A DNA stretch of 64,000 nt, taken from contig OZ025692.1 of NCBI GenBank assembly GCA_964019335.1, forward strand, positions 372,001 through 436,000. Direction: 5' to 3'. This DNA is from Diplonema japonicum. Its lineage: Eukaryota > Protista > Euglenozoa: Diplonemea. The position numbers were made by a program, and so were the translations under genes. Positions 1 through 10,817 of the stretch are shown here, in pieces (the stretch's first letter is position 1; each line of letters opens with the position of its first letter). Below the pieces are notes generated by a model, which saw only the letters and a list, made by a program, of their open reading frames with translations, was not told the DNA's origin and searched no databases.

Positions 1-123
1 ACCAAACCCAGTACCGTGTTCAGTAAAGACTCGCGCATTGCGCCGCTACAAGCAGGCAGCAGCGAAGCCACACTTAGCACCTAAATTCTTTTCGAGAGCA
101 GCTCATCATTAAATAAAATGCAG

Positions 124-274
124 TATTGAATAAAATCAGAGCATGATTTCACTTGTGGGGTCCCCTTTTTTTGACTCGTTTTTTTACTTCACGAGCGAAG
201 CGAGTGAAGTAAAATCACTCGTCAAAAAAAGGGGACCCCACGCGTGAAATCAGGCTATCTGATTTTCATTTAAT
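124..274. repeat. Long imperfect palindrome (foldback/MITE-like), probably inside a Derlin intron
   Basis: aaaatcaga..tgatttcac..gtggggtcccctttttttgac..ttttacttcac (132-192) pairs with gtgaagtaaaa..gtcaaaaaaaggggaccccac..gtgaaatca..tctgatttt (204-266). The apex is GCGAAGC at 195-201. Confidence 0.85.
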
Positions 275-312
275 AAATAGCTATTTTTTTTTTTTTTTTT
301 TTTTCCCCATAC

Positions 313-897
313 CAACAATCCCGCAAATATCCCCGAAGGGGGACGAACCCATCAGCACGTGAATCAGGGTCAAGATCCAGGGGAAATACCCGGCCTTGAA
401 CGCAAAGCCGTAGAACACCAACTCCTGCTGTTCGTGACGCTTGCACCAGACCCACACAATGCCCATAATGAACGACAGGGACAGGACCTTGAGGCTGAAA
501 AACACCGCCAAAGGAACAAGAACCAGCACGATGGCCAACATCATCCAGACGTGGTCTGCCGTCCTCCCCATGAAGCCCAACGGGTAGTCCTCTTCTTCCA
601 GCCGCTTCTGGTAGATCACAAAGAACACCAAGTTGAACATAAAGCTCATCGAAAAGGGCCCCAGAAAGAACGCACTGGTGACCAGCCTCCATGGTTCGGT
701 CAAGAGCAGGGGGAAGACGAAGAAGAAGTGCGTGAAATCAACCAACTCGAACGAGGCCGCGGCTCCGAGCGCCTGTTTTTTTTTTTTTTTTTTTTTTTTT
801 TCTTTCCTCCTCCCCTCTAACACACCATGCAAATAACCAACGTGAATTTTGTAATAGGGCCGAGCGACGACCACCAAGACTCAAAGGTCTGCGCCAT
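313..897 (-). CDS. Derlin (Der1-like ERAD membrane protein), 3' part not resolved in window
   Basis: ATG at 897 (MAQTFESWWSSLGPITK). Intron 773-825 (GTGTGT..A-run..CAG) restores the frame. Derlin motifs EPWRLVTSAFFLG and FKAGYFPW..GDICGIV are present. A second donor GTATGG lies at 312; its acceptor was not identified. Confidence 0.88.
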
Positions 898-955
898 TTT
901 TTTTTTTTTTCTTCTCTTTTTTTTCTGAAAATTATAGAAAAAATCGGGTGGAAAC

Positions 956-990
<35 letters not shown>

Positions 991-997
991 TTAACTC

Positions 998-2374
998 CTA
1001 ACTCAGACGTGGAAACGCCTCATTTCCCCGCAACTGCAACTCGGTGGCAGCCCACCTTCGCAACCCCTGCAGCTTCTCTGCTTCGGAATGCGGCGGCGCC
1101 AGCATATCATATAACACCACCAGAAAATCTGTTTTCGGGACGTTGGGAGGCAGGTCGAGGACGCTGAGCGGCTCTTCAAGGCTTTCCAAGGGCTCGGCAG
1201 ACCTTAAAAACCTGTGAAAAGGTGTCAGAAAAGGCAGCAACGAAGTGTGCAGCGTGTACAGTAAAAGGACGTTCGGGATGACCGCTCGAATTTCCTTGAA
1301 GATATCGGACCGTGTCGAGGTGACTGGGTGCTCTGAGTCTTCAACGGCAACATCAAGAGACAGGTGGACATGGTCCGAAAAAAACTCTTGAACGGGTTTT
1401 GTTGTAAGCCACGATGTCAGTTCGAGGTTCCCCGACTTCCCTTGTTCGATCAGATGGTATTTGACCTTTTGAAGCAAGAGCGTGACCCCTCTGTCACGAA
1501 TGGTCCGTTCGACGCTGGGCATGAACTGCGGTTCTTGTAGAGTGTCTGCTAAGCACCGTCTTAGGTGTCCGTACAACTCCATCTTCCTCTCTTCTGGTGC
1601 GTCTGAAAGTTGTTTTTTTTGCTCGATGTTTTCAAAATGTTGCAGCTCGGTGTCGATCTGTCCTGTGAAAACCCCCGGCACTGCAATCTTGATCTCCTCC
1701 GCGTTCCATCCATCGTCCTCTAAAAGATACGCTAGCTTTCCAAGCAATGCATCGTACGGTGGTGGAGTCCTGGGAGGTGGTGGAGACGGTGGTGTGCTGC
1801 ATTGTTTTTCCGTGTCAACGATACTCTCGGAATTCCTCCGTTTCAGTTTCGCGGCGATTCTATTGAGGAAGACCGGGGGGATCCCGGTGTGCGACAGGTC
1901 CAACGATTTTATCGTTGTGTTTGTAGTCAACAGGTTGCAAAGAAGCCGTCCTGCGGAGTCAAATAAACATTTGTTCCATGAGAGGTCTAGGGATGTTATG
2001 TTTGTGTTCTGTTTCAAATGTGATATTAATGGTGTTAACCCAGCTGAAGACAAGCCGCTGCCTTGTAGCCGTAAGGTATGCAATTCAGGGTATATACTCA
2101 GAATTGCAACGATAGGAGCGAGGCCGTGCCGGCCGCAGTGGTTGTGGGACAGGTCCCATGTGGTAGGGCGCTCGGATTCAAGTTTGTTTAGTCCGCTGAC
2201 TATTTCAGAGTTTACGTGGGTTCTGTCTGTGAAGCAGTGGTTCACATATACCCGGGCCCAGCCTTCCTGTGCGCACTCCCATCTGCTGAAGTCCAGGGGT
2301 TCATCGGTTTCTTCTTCTTTCGAGGCTGCTCTCAACGCATCCTTGTACATTGCATAGTGTAAGACCTCATTCAT
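998..2374 (-). CDS. Leucine-rich repeat (ribonuclease-inhibitor-like) protein
   Basis: 458-aa ORF with repeats WDLSHNHCG, LRLQGSGLS, LDLSWNKCL and LDLSHTGI. ATG is preceded by an A-run. Confidence 0.8.
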   Translation of the reverse strand: MNEVLHYAMYKDALRAASKEEETDEPLDFSRWECAQEGWARVYVNHCFTDRTHVNSEIVSGLNKLESERPTTWDLSHNHCGRHGLAPIVAILSIYPELHTLRLQGSGLSSAGLTPLISHLKQNTNITSLDLSWNKCLFDSAGRLLCNLLTTNTTIKSLDLSHTGIPPVFLNRIAAKLKRRNSESIVDTEKQCSTPPSPPPPRTPPPYDALLGKLAYLLEDDGWNAEEIKIAVPGVFTGQIDTELQHFENIEQKKQLSDAPEERKMELYGHLRRCLADTLQEPQFMPSVERTIRDRGVTLLLQKVKYHLIEQGKSGNLELTSWLTTKPVQEFFSDHVHLSLDVAVEDSEHPVTSTRSDIFKEIRAVIPNVLLLYTLHTSLLPFLTPFHRFLRSAEPLESLEEPLSVLDLPPNVPKTDFLVVLYDMLAPPHSEAEKLQGLRRWAATELQLRGNEAFPRLS

Positions 2375-2939
2375 TTTTTTTTTTTTCCCTGTGATGAAGT
2401 GAAGATAAGAATGAATAAGAAGAAGGAGAAAACAGCAAGGGGGGCGGTGGTAAAAAAAATTTTTTACAGGCGGCAGATGTTAAACCTGTCGTCCTATTTT
2501 TTTTTTTTTTTTTTTTTTTTTGAGAGAGGGAGAGAGGGGTTCCCGTGTTTTTTTTTTTTTGCTTTTTTTTTTTTTTTTTTGTTCCCTCTTTTTTTTCCCC
2601 CTCCTCCCGTGCTAATGGTGCAAAGCGCCAGAACTATTACGTATATTTCTTCCCCCCCCTCTCCCACCCTTCCCCATTCACCCATTTCTTTCCTTGTTTT
2701 AGTCTCCTCTCAAGTTTAGAAAAGGGGGGGAACCTTCTTCAAAAAAAAAAAAACGAGACAGTTTCTACTTAAAGGTTTCTTTTCTTTTTTGTTTCTCCCA
2801 CCCCACCCATGTCCATCGAAAAAAAAGGGGGGGTGAGAGGGTCCCCCCCCCCCCCCCCCGGAACTGACTTACTTGATTGACAATCAGCTAAATCACATTA
2901 TTCCTTCCCCCCCCCCTTTTTTTAAATTTACTGTTGACT

Positions 2940-5900
2940 TCATCTTAGATTCCCTGCTTTCGGGTCATATTTCCACCCGCATCCTGGGGAGACTGCGTGC
3001 TTCAATTGATCAAATGGTTCTCGAATCTTTTTTTTTTTTTTTTTTTTTCCTTTCCCCTCGCCCCCTCATGAACATACCACTCTCAACCCATTACGGGTTG
3101 TGTTAATCAGCTTCGGCTGCAAAAGCATCTCATGGAGGGCGATGTTCCCGAAGCCCCAGTTTGCATTATTACATCCGAGTTCGTTGGGGTGGTTCCACAG
3201 TGTGACGGGCAAGCCTTTGATAAGCATATCCCTCCCATCCTCGATGTATTTTCTCTGGCCAAGCGACGGCCGCTTCGCCATATCTTCGGTAAGCCCACCT
3301 ACAGACCCCCACGACCCTGAGTGGTACTGATGGAATGAAGCAACAGGCGGCATCATGATCTCTTGGTCCATCCCGGCTGCGAAGGCTTCGGCCATGATGT
3401 ACTTTTTTTTAATTTTTTTTTTTAATTTTTTTTTTTTAAACACACCTTGTCCATTTCATCTTGGTAAGGTGCCTCTGGGTATCCACGGAGCTTCATCCAG
3501 TCATCCCTCGACATCATCAAAAAGTCGCCGGGAGCATTCGCGTGGAATTGTTGGGGGATGTTGAGAATGTCCTCAATTTCTGAGAGCTGGCCTCGTTGAT
3601 GATATTTTGGGACTTCTGCGCGGATCTGGTCCCCTGACCAGCCTGCCCATTTCATCCACCTGCACGACTTGAAATGCCGCTCACAGAGCTGAGCACAACA
3701 TCTTTCCGAGAATTTGTGAGTGGTATCGTTGAGATAATGGAAATCGTGCCAAAACGTGGCCTTTTCAGCATGGGTTGGAAGGGTTCTGGTTCCGACGGCA
3801 GTTCGTATTTGATAAGTGTGCAGCTCGATCCACGCGGCTTCCTTGGCAGCTTCTAAATTACCGATGTCAAACCCATCCGGGAACGGCTTGTCGAAATCGA
3901 TCCTGTCGATTCTGTAATAAAGGCCTTTCTTGAAGTTGCGTAGCCTAACACGTTCAAAGAAAGCACCGTTTAGCAACATGTCGGCGTTCCAACAAAGAAC
4001 GAATTCTCCCCTCGCACGACGGACGGCGATATTTTTCCCGATATACTGCTGAACAGGCATGTGGATCGGCGGTGTGACCGCAATCTTATGAAGCTCCTCG
4101 GAAACGGTAAGAATCCTGACGTTAATATACTTCCCCGAAGTTGTGTTTGGGAGAAACAAAACGTTTGAAAGGGGTTTTCTGTCGGGCTCGGGGTTCCATT
4201 CGACGATTATGACTTCGATGAACAGTTTGTAACGCTCCGCGTACGCGGCTAAATTTGTTATTTGGTTCTGCGTGCGAGCCACAACGTTTCCAGAATGATT
4301 GTCGTTTCTACCAGTGGAGGCTATCGTGAGGTAAGGTTTGTCGAAGTCAACACCACCACCCAACGTGGTTTCCTGTATACCATCGTCCGTCGTAACGGGT
4401 TTTTTCACGTCTTTGAAGAACTCTCTTGTTTTAACCTCTTTCGGGTGTGTGGTGTTGTCGTGCACATCAGGGTGTAAAAAATATCCTGGGCTCGACATTC
4501 CTTTGACTCTGTCTGTTTCGCAATTCAACGTACCAGATGTCAGCACCGCGTGGCGGGAAATTACTGGTTTCCGTCTTTTTGTCGGCGGGCATTTTCCTTT
4601 CGACGGGCCCATCGCTGGTGCTTTGTACCCAAACACTTCAAGTTCCGGTCCTGCAATTTCGTACATATCGCAAACAAGATCCCGAATTGCAGGGTCGTCG
4701 TAAGCGTCCTTCATTGTCATGTAAGCAGGATCTTTCACCTTGTCTCGTCGAATGGCAGGGTGGTCTGCAAGGGTAAAAGCGCATTCGGGTGTTGTGACCA
4801 ACGGTTTGCGAAGATGCGATGAGATTCGCTGTAGTGCTGCATCGCGTGTTGCCGGGTTGACAAGCTCCTCGAAGGGTTGGAAGAGTACCGACCCACAGCC
4901 ATGGCGTTCGATGAACCCTTCGTACCCCACGAATTGCAACACCCAGTCCTGTGTTAGACCAATGATATGCCCTCTCATATCTTCCGGGTCGAAGTCTGCC
5001 TTTGCAAGCTTTGCAACATGCCCGTATTCTTTCGTCCCGTTGATGACCCGCTCTGATTTAACACGTTGGTACTCAGCCCATAATGCGGCGTATGGGTCTC
5101 TTGTTACGACCAATGCGCGTTGGATTTCCACTTCTGCGCATTTTTTGTAGAAACCTCTTATGGTCGGGATGGGTTTTATCCCAGAGATGCCGTACCAACG
5201 TTCGATGTCAGGGATGCGATCCCTGCCGTTTTCTTGAAGTGCGGACCATCTTGCTCCGTCTCGGTATGCGCCGTCGACAAGGTCGAACGGCGTCCAGTTC
5301 GGGTGGCCCTTCACAGCAACAACAGATTTGTCGCACCGTAACTCGCCGGGCATGACTTTGATAATATCGAGATCGCGGTATACGGAACCTGTGTAGTACC
5401 CTGTAGCCTGTTCTATGAGGAAGCGAATCCAGGTGTTTCCTGAACCTGGGAATGACCAGAATAACGGTGGATTGTCTTCCTTATCTGTCGGGATGAAGGA
5501 GCGGGTGACGTGGCAGTGCCCGATTGTTCTCGATTTTGGCATGTCGAGCTTGTTGTTGTCCTCTGGTGCGTCCTTAAGGGTTACAATTGGGAGTGGTGCT
5601 GTTACGTGGTTTTGCAAGCCCCCGTTTGAGGTGTCGAAGTCTTGGAGAACCTTTCCTTTTCCGGTGACACGCTTCGCCTCGTGAAGGATCATTCTCCAAT
5701 GAAACGGTTTCACCTTCGGCGGGACCTGGTTTTCTGTCTGGCTTGCTATCGCCGCCAGCGATGTGAGACCTACGCTTTCTAACACTCCAGTGTACTCCAG
5801 CAACCCTTGGCTGCCCAAGATTTCGCTGACCTGCGCTGATGTTCGGTCAAAGGTGACTAACGGGGAGGAAGCTTCCTCTTCCTCTACAGGTTGCTGAGCT

Positions 5901-6001
5901 ATCATTACCACCACCACCGCCAACGCCACCAATATGCACACTCGGCCCCAGAAAAAACCCCTTTGCTGAACCCTCCCAGGCACCGGGGATTTTGTCCGCA
6001 T
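2940..6001 (-). CDS. Type II membrane protein: TM anchor + SAM-like domain + WSCD-like sulfotransferase + GT-A/GT2-like glycosyltransferase
   Basis: PAPS loop SFPGSGNTWIRFLIEQATGYYTGSVY, then TRDPYAAL. GT motifs IIVEWN, KNIAVRRARGEFVLCWNAD and GDFLMMSRDDW..GYPE. Inferred introns 3402-3445 and 3027-3077 join the 3422..6001 ORF to the 3066..3443 ORF and to a last exon ending TGA at 2940. Confidence 0.8.
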
Positions 6002-6258
6002 TTTTTTTTTTTTTTTGTGTCAAGGGTCCCTCCCCCTTTTGCCTGTGGTGCGAGTGATAGTGGGCGGAAAAAAAAAGTGGGAGGGAAAGGGGGGGGGGGG
6101 GGGGGGTTATATTATTTTCTTCTTTTTTTTCCGGAGAGAAAAAAAAAAGCAAAACAAAAACACCGACTAAAAAAAAAAAATCCAAGGTCCAGTAAAGCGT
6201 GTTTTTTTTTTTAATGCCTACTATTTCTCACGGGTTTAAAAAGGTTACGGTGGAAAAA

Positions 6259-6289
<31 letters not shown>

Positions 6290-6587
6290 GGAACAGGAAA
6301 ACCTTTTGCAAAGACGCGGGCATGCCTTGAAGGGGAAAACGAAAAGGCAGCGCGAGAAAAAAAAAAAGAGAGAAAAAAAAAAAAAAAAAACATACAATTT
6401 TAAAAAAATAGCGCACACCCGCAGGAGTAGGGAAAAAAAAAAAAATCAAAAAAAATCCCCCCTCCTCTCAAGCCCGGCTTATCGTTTCATTCCTCACGCA
6501 CAAAAAAAAAAAAAAAAAATGCTATAAAAGAAACAAAAAAATAGCGCTTATTTTTGAGAGAGAGAAAAAAAAAGAAAAAGTAGGATT

Positions 6588-8225
6588 TCACCTCAAAAAA
6601 AGTCTGTAGACAGGGTTGGTGGTTTCGTCTTCGAATTCGTAGGCTACATTTGAGATGAAATTTTGAAACGACATTTCTTCCTCGGGGGGGACGTCGAAAC
6701 CAACGAGAACTTTACCGAAATCCGCCCCATGGTTACGGTAGTGGAACAGGGTGATGTTAATAAACGATGGCAGCGCGGAGAGGAATGTCTTTAAAGCTTC
6801 GCTATTCTCGGGGAAAATGAACCGGTACAATCTTTCATCAGGCGGTGCTCCTTGTCCACCGACGAGATATCTCGCGTGAGATTTCGCCATCTCGTTGTCA
6901 CACAACGCCAGGGTCTTGAACCCTGCAGAATTTAAAGCAGCAACAACTTTATCACCGCTTTCCTTTGAACCACTTTGAAACGACATAAATATTTTCGCAG
7001 GAGACGTTCCACCGTTAAACCGGTAACTGAACTCGGTAACCTGGTTCGGGTACACCAGTTCATACATTTTTCGAAAAGCGCCTTTTTCCTCGGGGAGATC
7101 GACGGTTACCAGAAGTTCCTTCTCCTCACATCGTTCAGCAACAGTTCGTAACATGGCGAATTCCATGTTTGCTGAGCCTAGTACAGCAACGCATTTTTTA
7201 CCTTTTTTAACGTCTTTCTTCAGTCCGGCAACCGCCAAAGCACCGGCGGGTTCTAGAATCGATCTTGTATCGGTGAAAATGGCCTTTATTGCCGCGCAGA
7301 TTTCGTCGTTTGAAACCGTTATCATCCGGAACGACGTGGCAGTGTTTCTTAGAATGTCAAAGGCGTGCGTGTTCGGGGTCAACACAGCGGTCCCTTCAAC
7401 AAAATGGTTCAAAGGTGAGTTGAGAGGTGTGATATAACCCTTTTCAATACAACTACTCATTGTCGTATTGTCCACTGCTTCCACACCAACAATTTCAACA
7501 CCAGGATGGATCGCACCGGAATATTCAACCAATGCTGCGAGGAGGCTTCCTGTACCAACACCAACATATATAGTATCGGGTTTTGAGGCTTGTCGGAAGA
7601 GTTCAACCCCGACAGTCCCGAGGCCTGCGATGGGTTCTGGTGAGTTGAACGGGTTCAGGTACACCGCAGGGCGTTTTTCATTTTTTACGCTTTTTGCAGC
7701 GTGTTCAGCTGACTCGTTTGCATCGGAACCAATCTTCACAACCTCAAAGTTTCCCTTCATTTCACCAAGCTCCTTCAACGTTTTGACAGGTGTGGTCAAC
7801 GGGCAAACAAAGTACACCTTTGCCGCGACGTTTAACCGTTGGCAGGCCAGACCGATGCATTCATTGAAATTCCCTAGGCCGCTAGAATATATCACGCTGC
7901 CATTTGCTCGTTGTTTGTGTGTTAAACCCGACACCATAACGTAGGCAGCTCTGATTTGATGGCCGAAACCGGGGTTCATATCTTCCCGTTTGATATACAC
8001 TTCGCAACCTGCTGCTTCAGACATTACTGTTGCTTTTTGTAAAGGGGTTGAGGTTGTGATGTCTGTCACCGGTGCTGTAAGGATCATTGCGAGATAGTCG
8101 GGTCTTGCCATTTTCGGCGGGTTGTCAAGGTGTGGAGCGGCCATTCTCGGTTTTTTCCCGGCAGGGGCTGGGATCAACTCCTCCACCGACGGCCTCTTCT
8201 TTGGAGATATCATTTCATTCGGCAT
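6588..8225 (-). CDS. ilvA: Threonine ammonia-lyase (IlvA/Ilv1-type) homologue with C-terminal regulatory domains; catalytic Lys replaced
   Basis: TPLQ..VYIKRED and EPAGALAVAG motifs; regulatory motifs TEFSYR, NEMAKSHARYLVGG, NITLFHYRNHG and DETTNPVYRLFL. The canonical SFKLRGA reads GHQIRAA here. Confidence 0.88.
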   Translation of the reverse strand: MPNEMISPKKRPSVEELIPAPAGKKPRMAAPHLDNPPKMARPDYLAMILTAPVTDITTSTPLQKATVMSEAAGCEVYIKREDMNPGFGHQIRAAYVMVSGLTHKQRANGSVIYSSGLGNFNECIGLACQRLNVAAKVYFVCPLTTPVKTLKELGEMKGNFEVVKIGSDANESAEHAAKSVKNEKRPAVYLNPFNSPEPIAGLGTVGVELFRQASKPDTIYVGVGTGSLLAALVEYSGAIHPGVEIVGVEAVDNTTMSSCIEKGYITPLNSPLNHFVEGTAVLTPNTHAFDILRNTATSFRMITVSNDEICAAIKAIFTDTRSILEPAGALAVAGLKKDVKKGKKCVAVLGSANMEFAMLRTVAERCEEKELLVTVDLPEEKGAFRKMYELVYPNQVTEFSYRFNGGTSPAKIFMSFQSGSKESGDKVVAALNSAGFKTLALCDNEMAKSHARYLVGGQGAPPDERLYRFIFPENSEALKTFLSALPSFINITLFHYRNHGADFGKVLVGFDVPPEEEMSFQNFISNVAYEFEDETTNPVYRLFLR

Positions 8226-8379
8226 TTGTTTTCTCTTTTTTCTTTTTTTTTTTTCCCTCTCTCTTCACTCCCCTCCTGTTGAAAACACAGTTGGTGAAAA
8301 GTGGTAGGATGGAGGGGGATAAGTAAATCCGTGTAAAAAAAAAAATCAATCCCCACTTTTTTTTTTTTTTTAAAAACTT

Positions 8380-8580
8380 TTATTTTTTCACCACCTTCTT
8401 TACTTTTTTACCGTTGGAACCATTACTGCCGTGTACACCCCCTGGTACCCCGTCGCTCGATAGCGAGGCTTTGAGGTTGTCCTGTGCTTCTCCCAGCTCG
8501 AACCATTTTTTTGAATCGGCGCCCATGAAATTATTCCCCATGATGCTGCCGAGAGTGACGTGGGACCCTTCAAGCCGCAT
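8380..8580 (-). CDS. Small hypothetical protein (66 aa)
   Basis: Non-repetitive ORF. ATG follows an A-run, and upstream there is a sense pyrimidine tract ending in TAG (~8605-8624), like the neighbouring real genes. Confidence 0.5.
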   Translation of the reverse strand: MRLEGSHVTLGSIMGNNFMGADSKKWFELGEAQDNLKASLSSDGVPGGVHGSNGSNGKKVKKVVKK

Positions 8581-8712
8581 TTTTTTTTTTTTTCCAACTC
8601 GTTTCTAGAAGAAAAAAAAAAAAATAATTGATGAGGCTGCTGGAAAGGGAATAAAAATGAATTTTTTTTTTTTTAAAAAAAGCTGATTAGAAAAAAAAAA
8701 AAACTACGCAAC

Positions 8713-9264
8713 CTAGAAAGTCTGGGGGGCTCTGGCGGTGAAGGGGGCCCTCTTCGCCTTGGCGGGCACGCGCACCCTGTGGATGAGGGGGAACCTGACC
8801 TTGGAGTTGTGGAATTGCGTGACGTTGGGTCGTGTGCAGTCCTTGGCGGTCTTGGTACAGGTGCGGATCACCTGAACGTTGGAGAATGAGGCGCGGTGCT
8901 GGCCAGAAAGCTCGTTGAAGATCCTGCTGACAGCCCTCGAGAGGTGTGTGTCCCTGATCTCTTTGCTGGTGTTGACGGGACCGGTGCGGGAGTACCACCT
9001 CAGCTGCACGCCGAAGTTCTTGATAACGTTGGGCCTCTTCTCCTTGATCTCCCTCACCCCGAACACTTCACCAACACTCTTCTTCACCTTGTGGTACTCC
9101 CTCATGAACTTCCAGAATTTAGACTTCGCCACAACGTGGTTCGGCGCAAAGCAGTTGAACCTGAAAAACTTGGGCGCCGGCTCGCAGTCCGTCGGGACCT
9201 TACGCCCCACAACCTCGAAGTTGCGGAGGTGTGCGCTAGCGAGACCAACAGTAGGCTTACCCAT
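8713..9264 (-). CDS. RPL18A: 60S ribosomal protein L18a (eL20)
   Basis: FEVVGRKVPT, FAPNHVVAKSKFW, IKNFGVQLRWYSRTG, QFHNSKVRFPLIHR. True start is MGKPTVG at 9264 (183 aa). Confidence 0.96.
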   Translation of the reverse strand: MGKPTVGLASAHLRNFEVVGRKVPTDCEPAPKFFRFNCFAPNHVVAKSKFWKFMREYHKVKKSVGEVFGVREIKEKRPNVIKNFGVQLRWYSRTGPVNTSKEIRDTHLSRAVSRIFNELSGQHRASFSNVQVIRTCTKTAKDCTRPNVTQFHNSKVRFPLIHRVRVPAKAKRAPFTARAPQTF

Positions 9265-10082
9265 TTTTTTTTTTTTTTTGTTTCTCTTAATAACCTTTTT
9301 TTTGTGTGTGTTGTTGAAACAAAAAAAAAAAAAAAAAAAAAAAAAAAAGAAGAAGAAGAAGAATAGAATAAGAATAGAATTAAATAGAGGATTTGGAGAG
9401 GGGGGGAGATAATATGGAAATAAATAAAAAACCCCATTCCCACCTAGATACGCTGGCGCTTCCCGGGCTTGGCATTTTAGATTTTGCGGTCTGGCATCAC
9501 GTCGGGGAACAGACAGAGTTCTGACACGATGATTAAGGTTGATGGGAGTTTTCCAGGGCTTGCGGAATGGAAAAACCGACAGTTTTCTTTTTCTTTTTAA
9601 AGTGTCCTTCACTAACTGATTCCCACAGTACAAAAAATCATGAAAATAAGCCAATAGCGGGAGAGGGGGGGTGTTAATGATTTAGAGGGATGGGGAAGGA
9701 TATTGTGTAAATATGGTTGAGAAGAGGGGGGGAAAAAAAATAAAGTAATAAATCAGGGGCCCCGGTTCAAAACGTGTTTTTTCCGTTAGACCTGCGGTGT
9801 TTTTGCCAAAAAAAAGAATAAAAATAGGGGCAGCACACTGTGAATTTTCTTTTTTTGTGCTACTCCGGCTGCGGAGACCGAAATCCAGTTGCAGTGTGAA
9901 ACCCAAATGAATAACAAAATGGAGAAAATAATCCTCACAAAAAGTGGCCCACCGCAGGTATAAGAAAAATTGCCGGTCAACGTATACCGGCGATTTGTCG
10001 AAAAGAACTTACTGAGGGGCCTGAATAAATCGTTATTTCGCTTTAATACCAACAACAACAACAACAACAAAAAAAAAAAAAA

Positions 10083-10817
10083 TTATTTTCTCCATCTTTG
10101 TGGGGTGAGCGCGCGAATACGACGGTAGGCAGAGGGAGACAGGTGCTGGACCTTCGAGGGGGATATACTGCGTGAGGTGTTGTGCTTGCTGAGCTGGCAG
10201 TGGCGGGTCGGGGCGCTTTTCTTTGAAGCCGGCTGCTTTGAGTTGTTGCTGCTGCTGCGGATGGACGCCACTACACCACCAGAGGAGGCACTTCGTGGTG
10301 TAGGAAGTTGTCGGCCACGTGAACGCTTCCTCTCTCTCTCCTGAGGCGTGAACAGCTTCGTCATCTTTGATGCAATTTTCATCTCTTTTGCCGTTTTTCT
10401 TGCTTCGTTCTCTTCCTGCAAGATCTCAACCTTGCGCTTGTACTCCACCAGCTGAGAGGTGGCCTTTTCAAGCTCAAAAACCTGCATGGCTGCCTTTTTT
10501 TTTGTCATTTTATATTCTCCCTCCAGCTCCTGATAACTCATTTTCCCCGCGTTTACCTTACAAGGTGCTTCCAACACCATTTTCCAGCCCGGTGGTCGGA
10601 CCTCATGCAACGCCCAGATTATGACCTCTCTGCAGTAAGTTTGGGACCACTCCAGGCTGTGCCTTGCGCTCATTTCCATACTCATTAAATCCAGCCTTGA
10701 TTGGCTTGCGTCCTTTTTTAGAAAGCTCCGTGCCCTGTCTGCGAATTTGTTCATGTGTTCCTCATTCAATCCGCCCCTCTGGATCATCTCGAAAAGATCT
10801 TGAAAGATTTCCTTCAT
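10083..10817 (-). CDS. Hypothetical coiled-coil protein
   Basis: 244-aa ORF with a central coiled coil and a basic Ser-rich tail. Confidence 0.65.
   Translation of the reverse strand: MKEIFQDLFEMIQRGGLNEEHMNKFADRARSFLKKDASQSRLDLMSMEMSARHSLEWSQTYCREVIIWALHEVRPPGWKMVLEAPCKVNAGKMSYQELEGEYKMTKKKAAMQVFELEKATSQLVEYKRKVEILQEENEARKTAKEMKIASKMTKLFTPQERERKRSRGRQLPTPRSASSGGVVASIRSSSNNSKQPASKKSAPTRHCQLSKHNTSRSISPSKVQHLSPSAYRRIRALTPQRWRK

Noticed and set aside
2399-2772. Many short poly-Lys/poly-Phe/poly-Gly ORFs in intergenic DNA
   Set aside because: Translation artefacts of homopolymer runs.
8713-9654. N-terminal extensions in the ORF track (RPL18A to 9654, methyltransferase to 15089, 21011, 45725, 63767)
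   Set aside because: The extensions run through homopolymer UTR sequence, mostly from non-ATG starts; homology begins at the downstream ATG.
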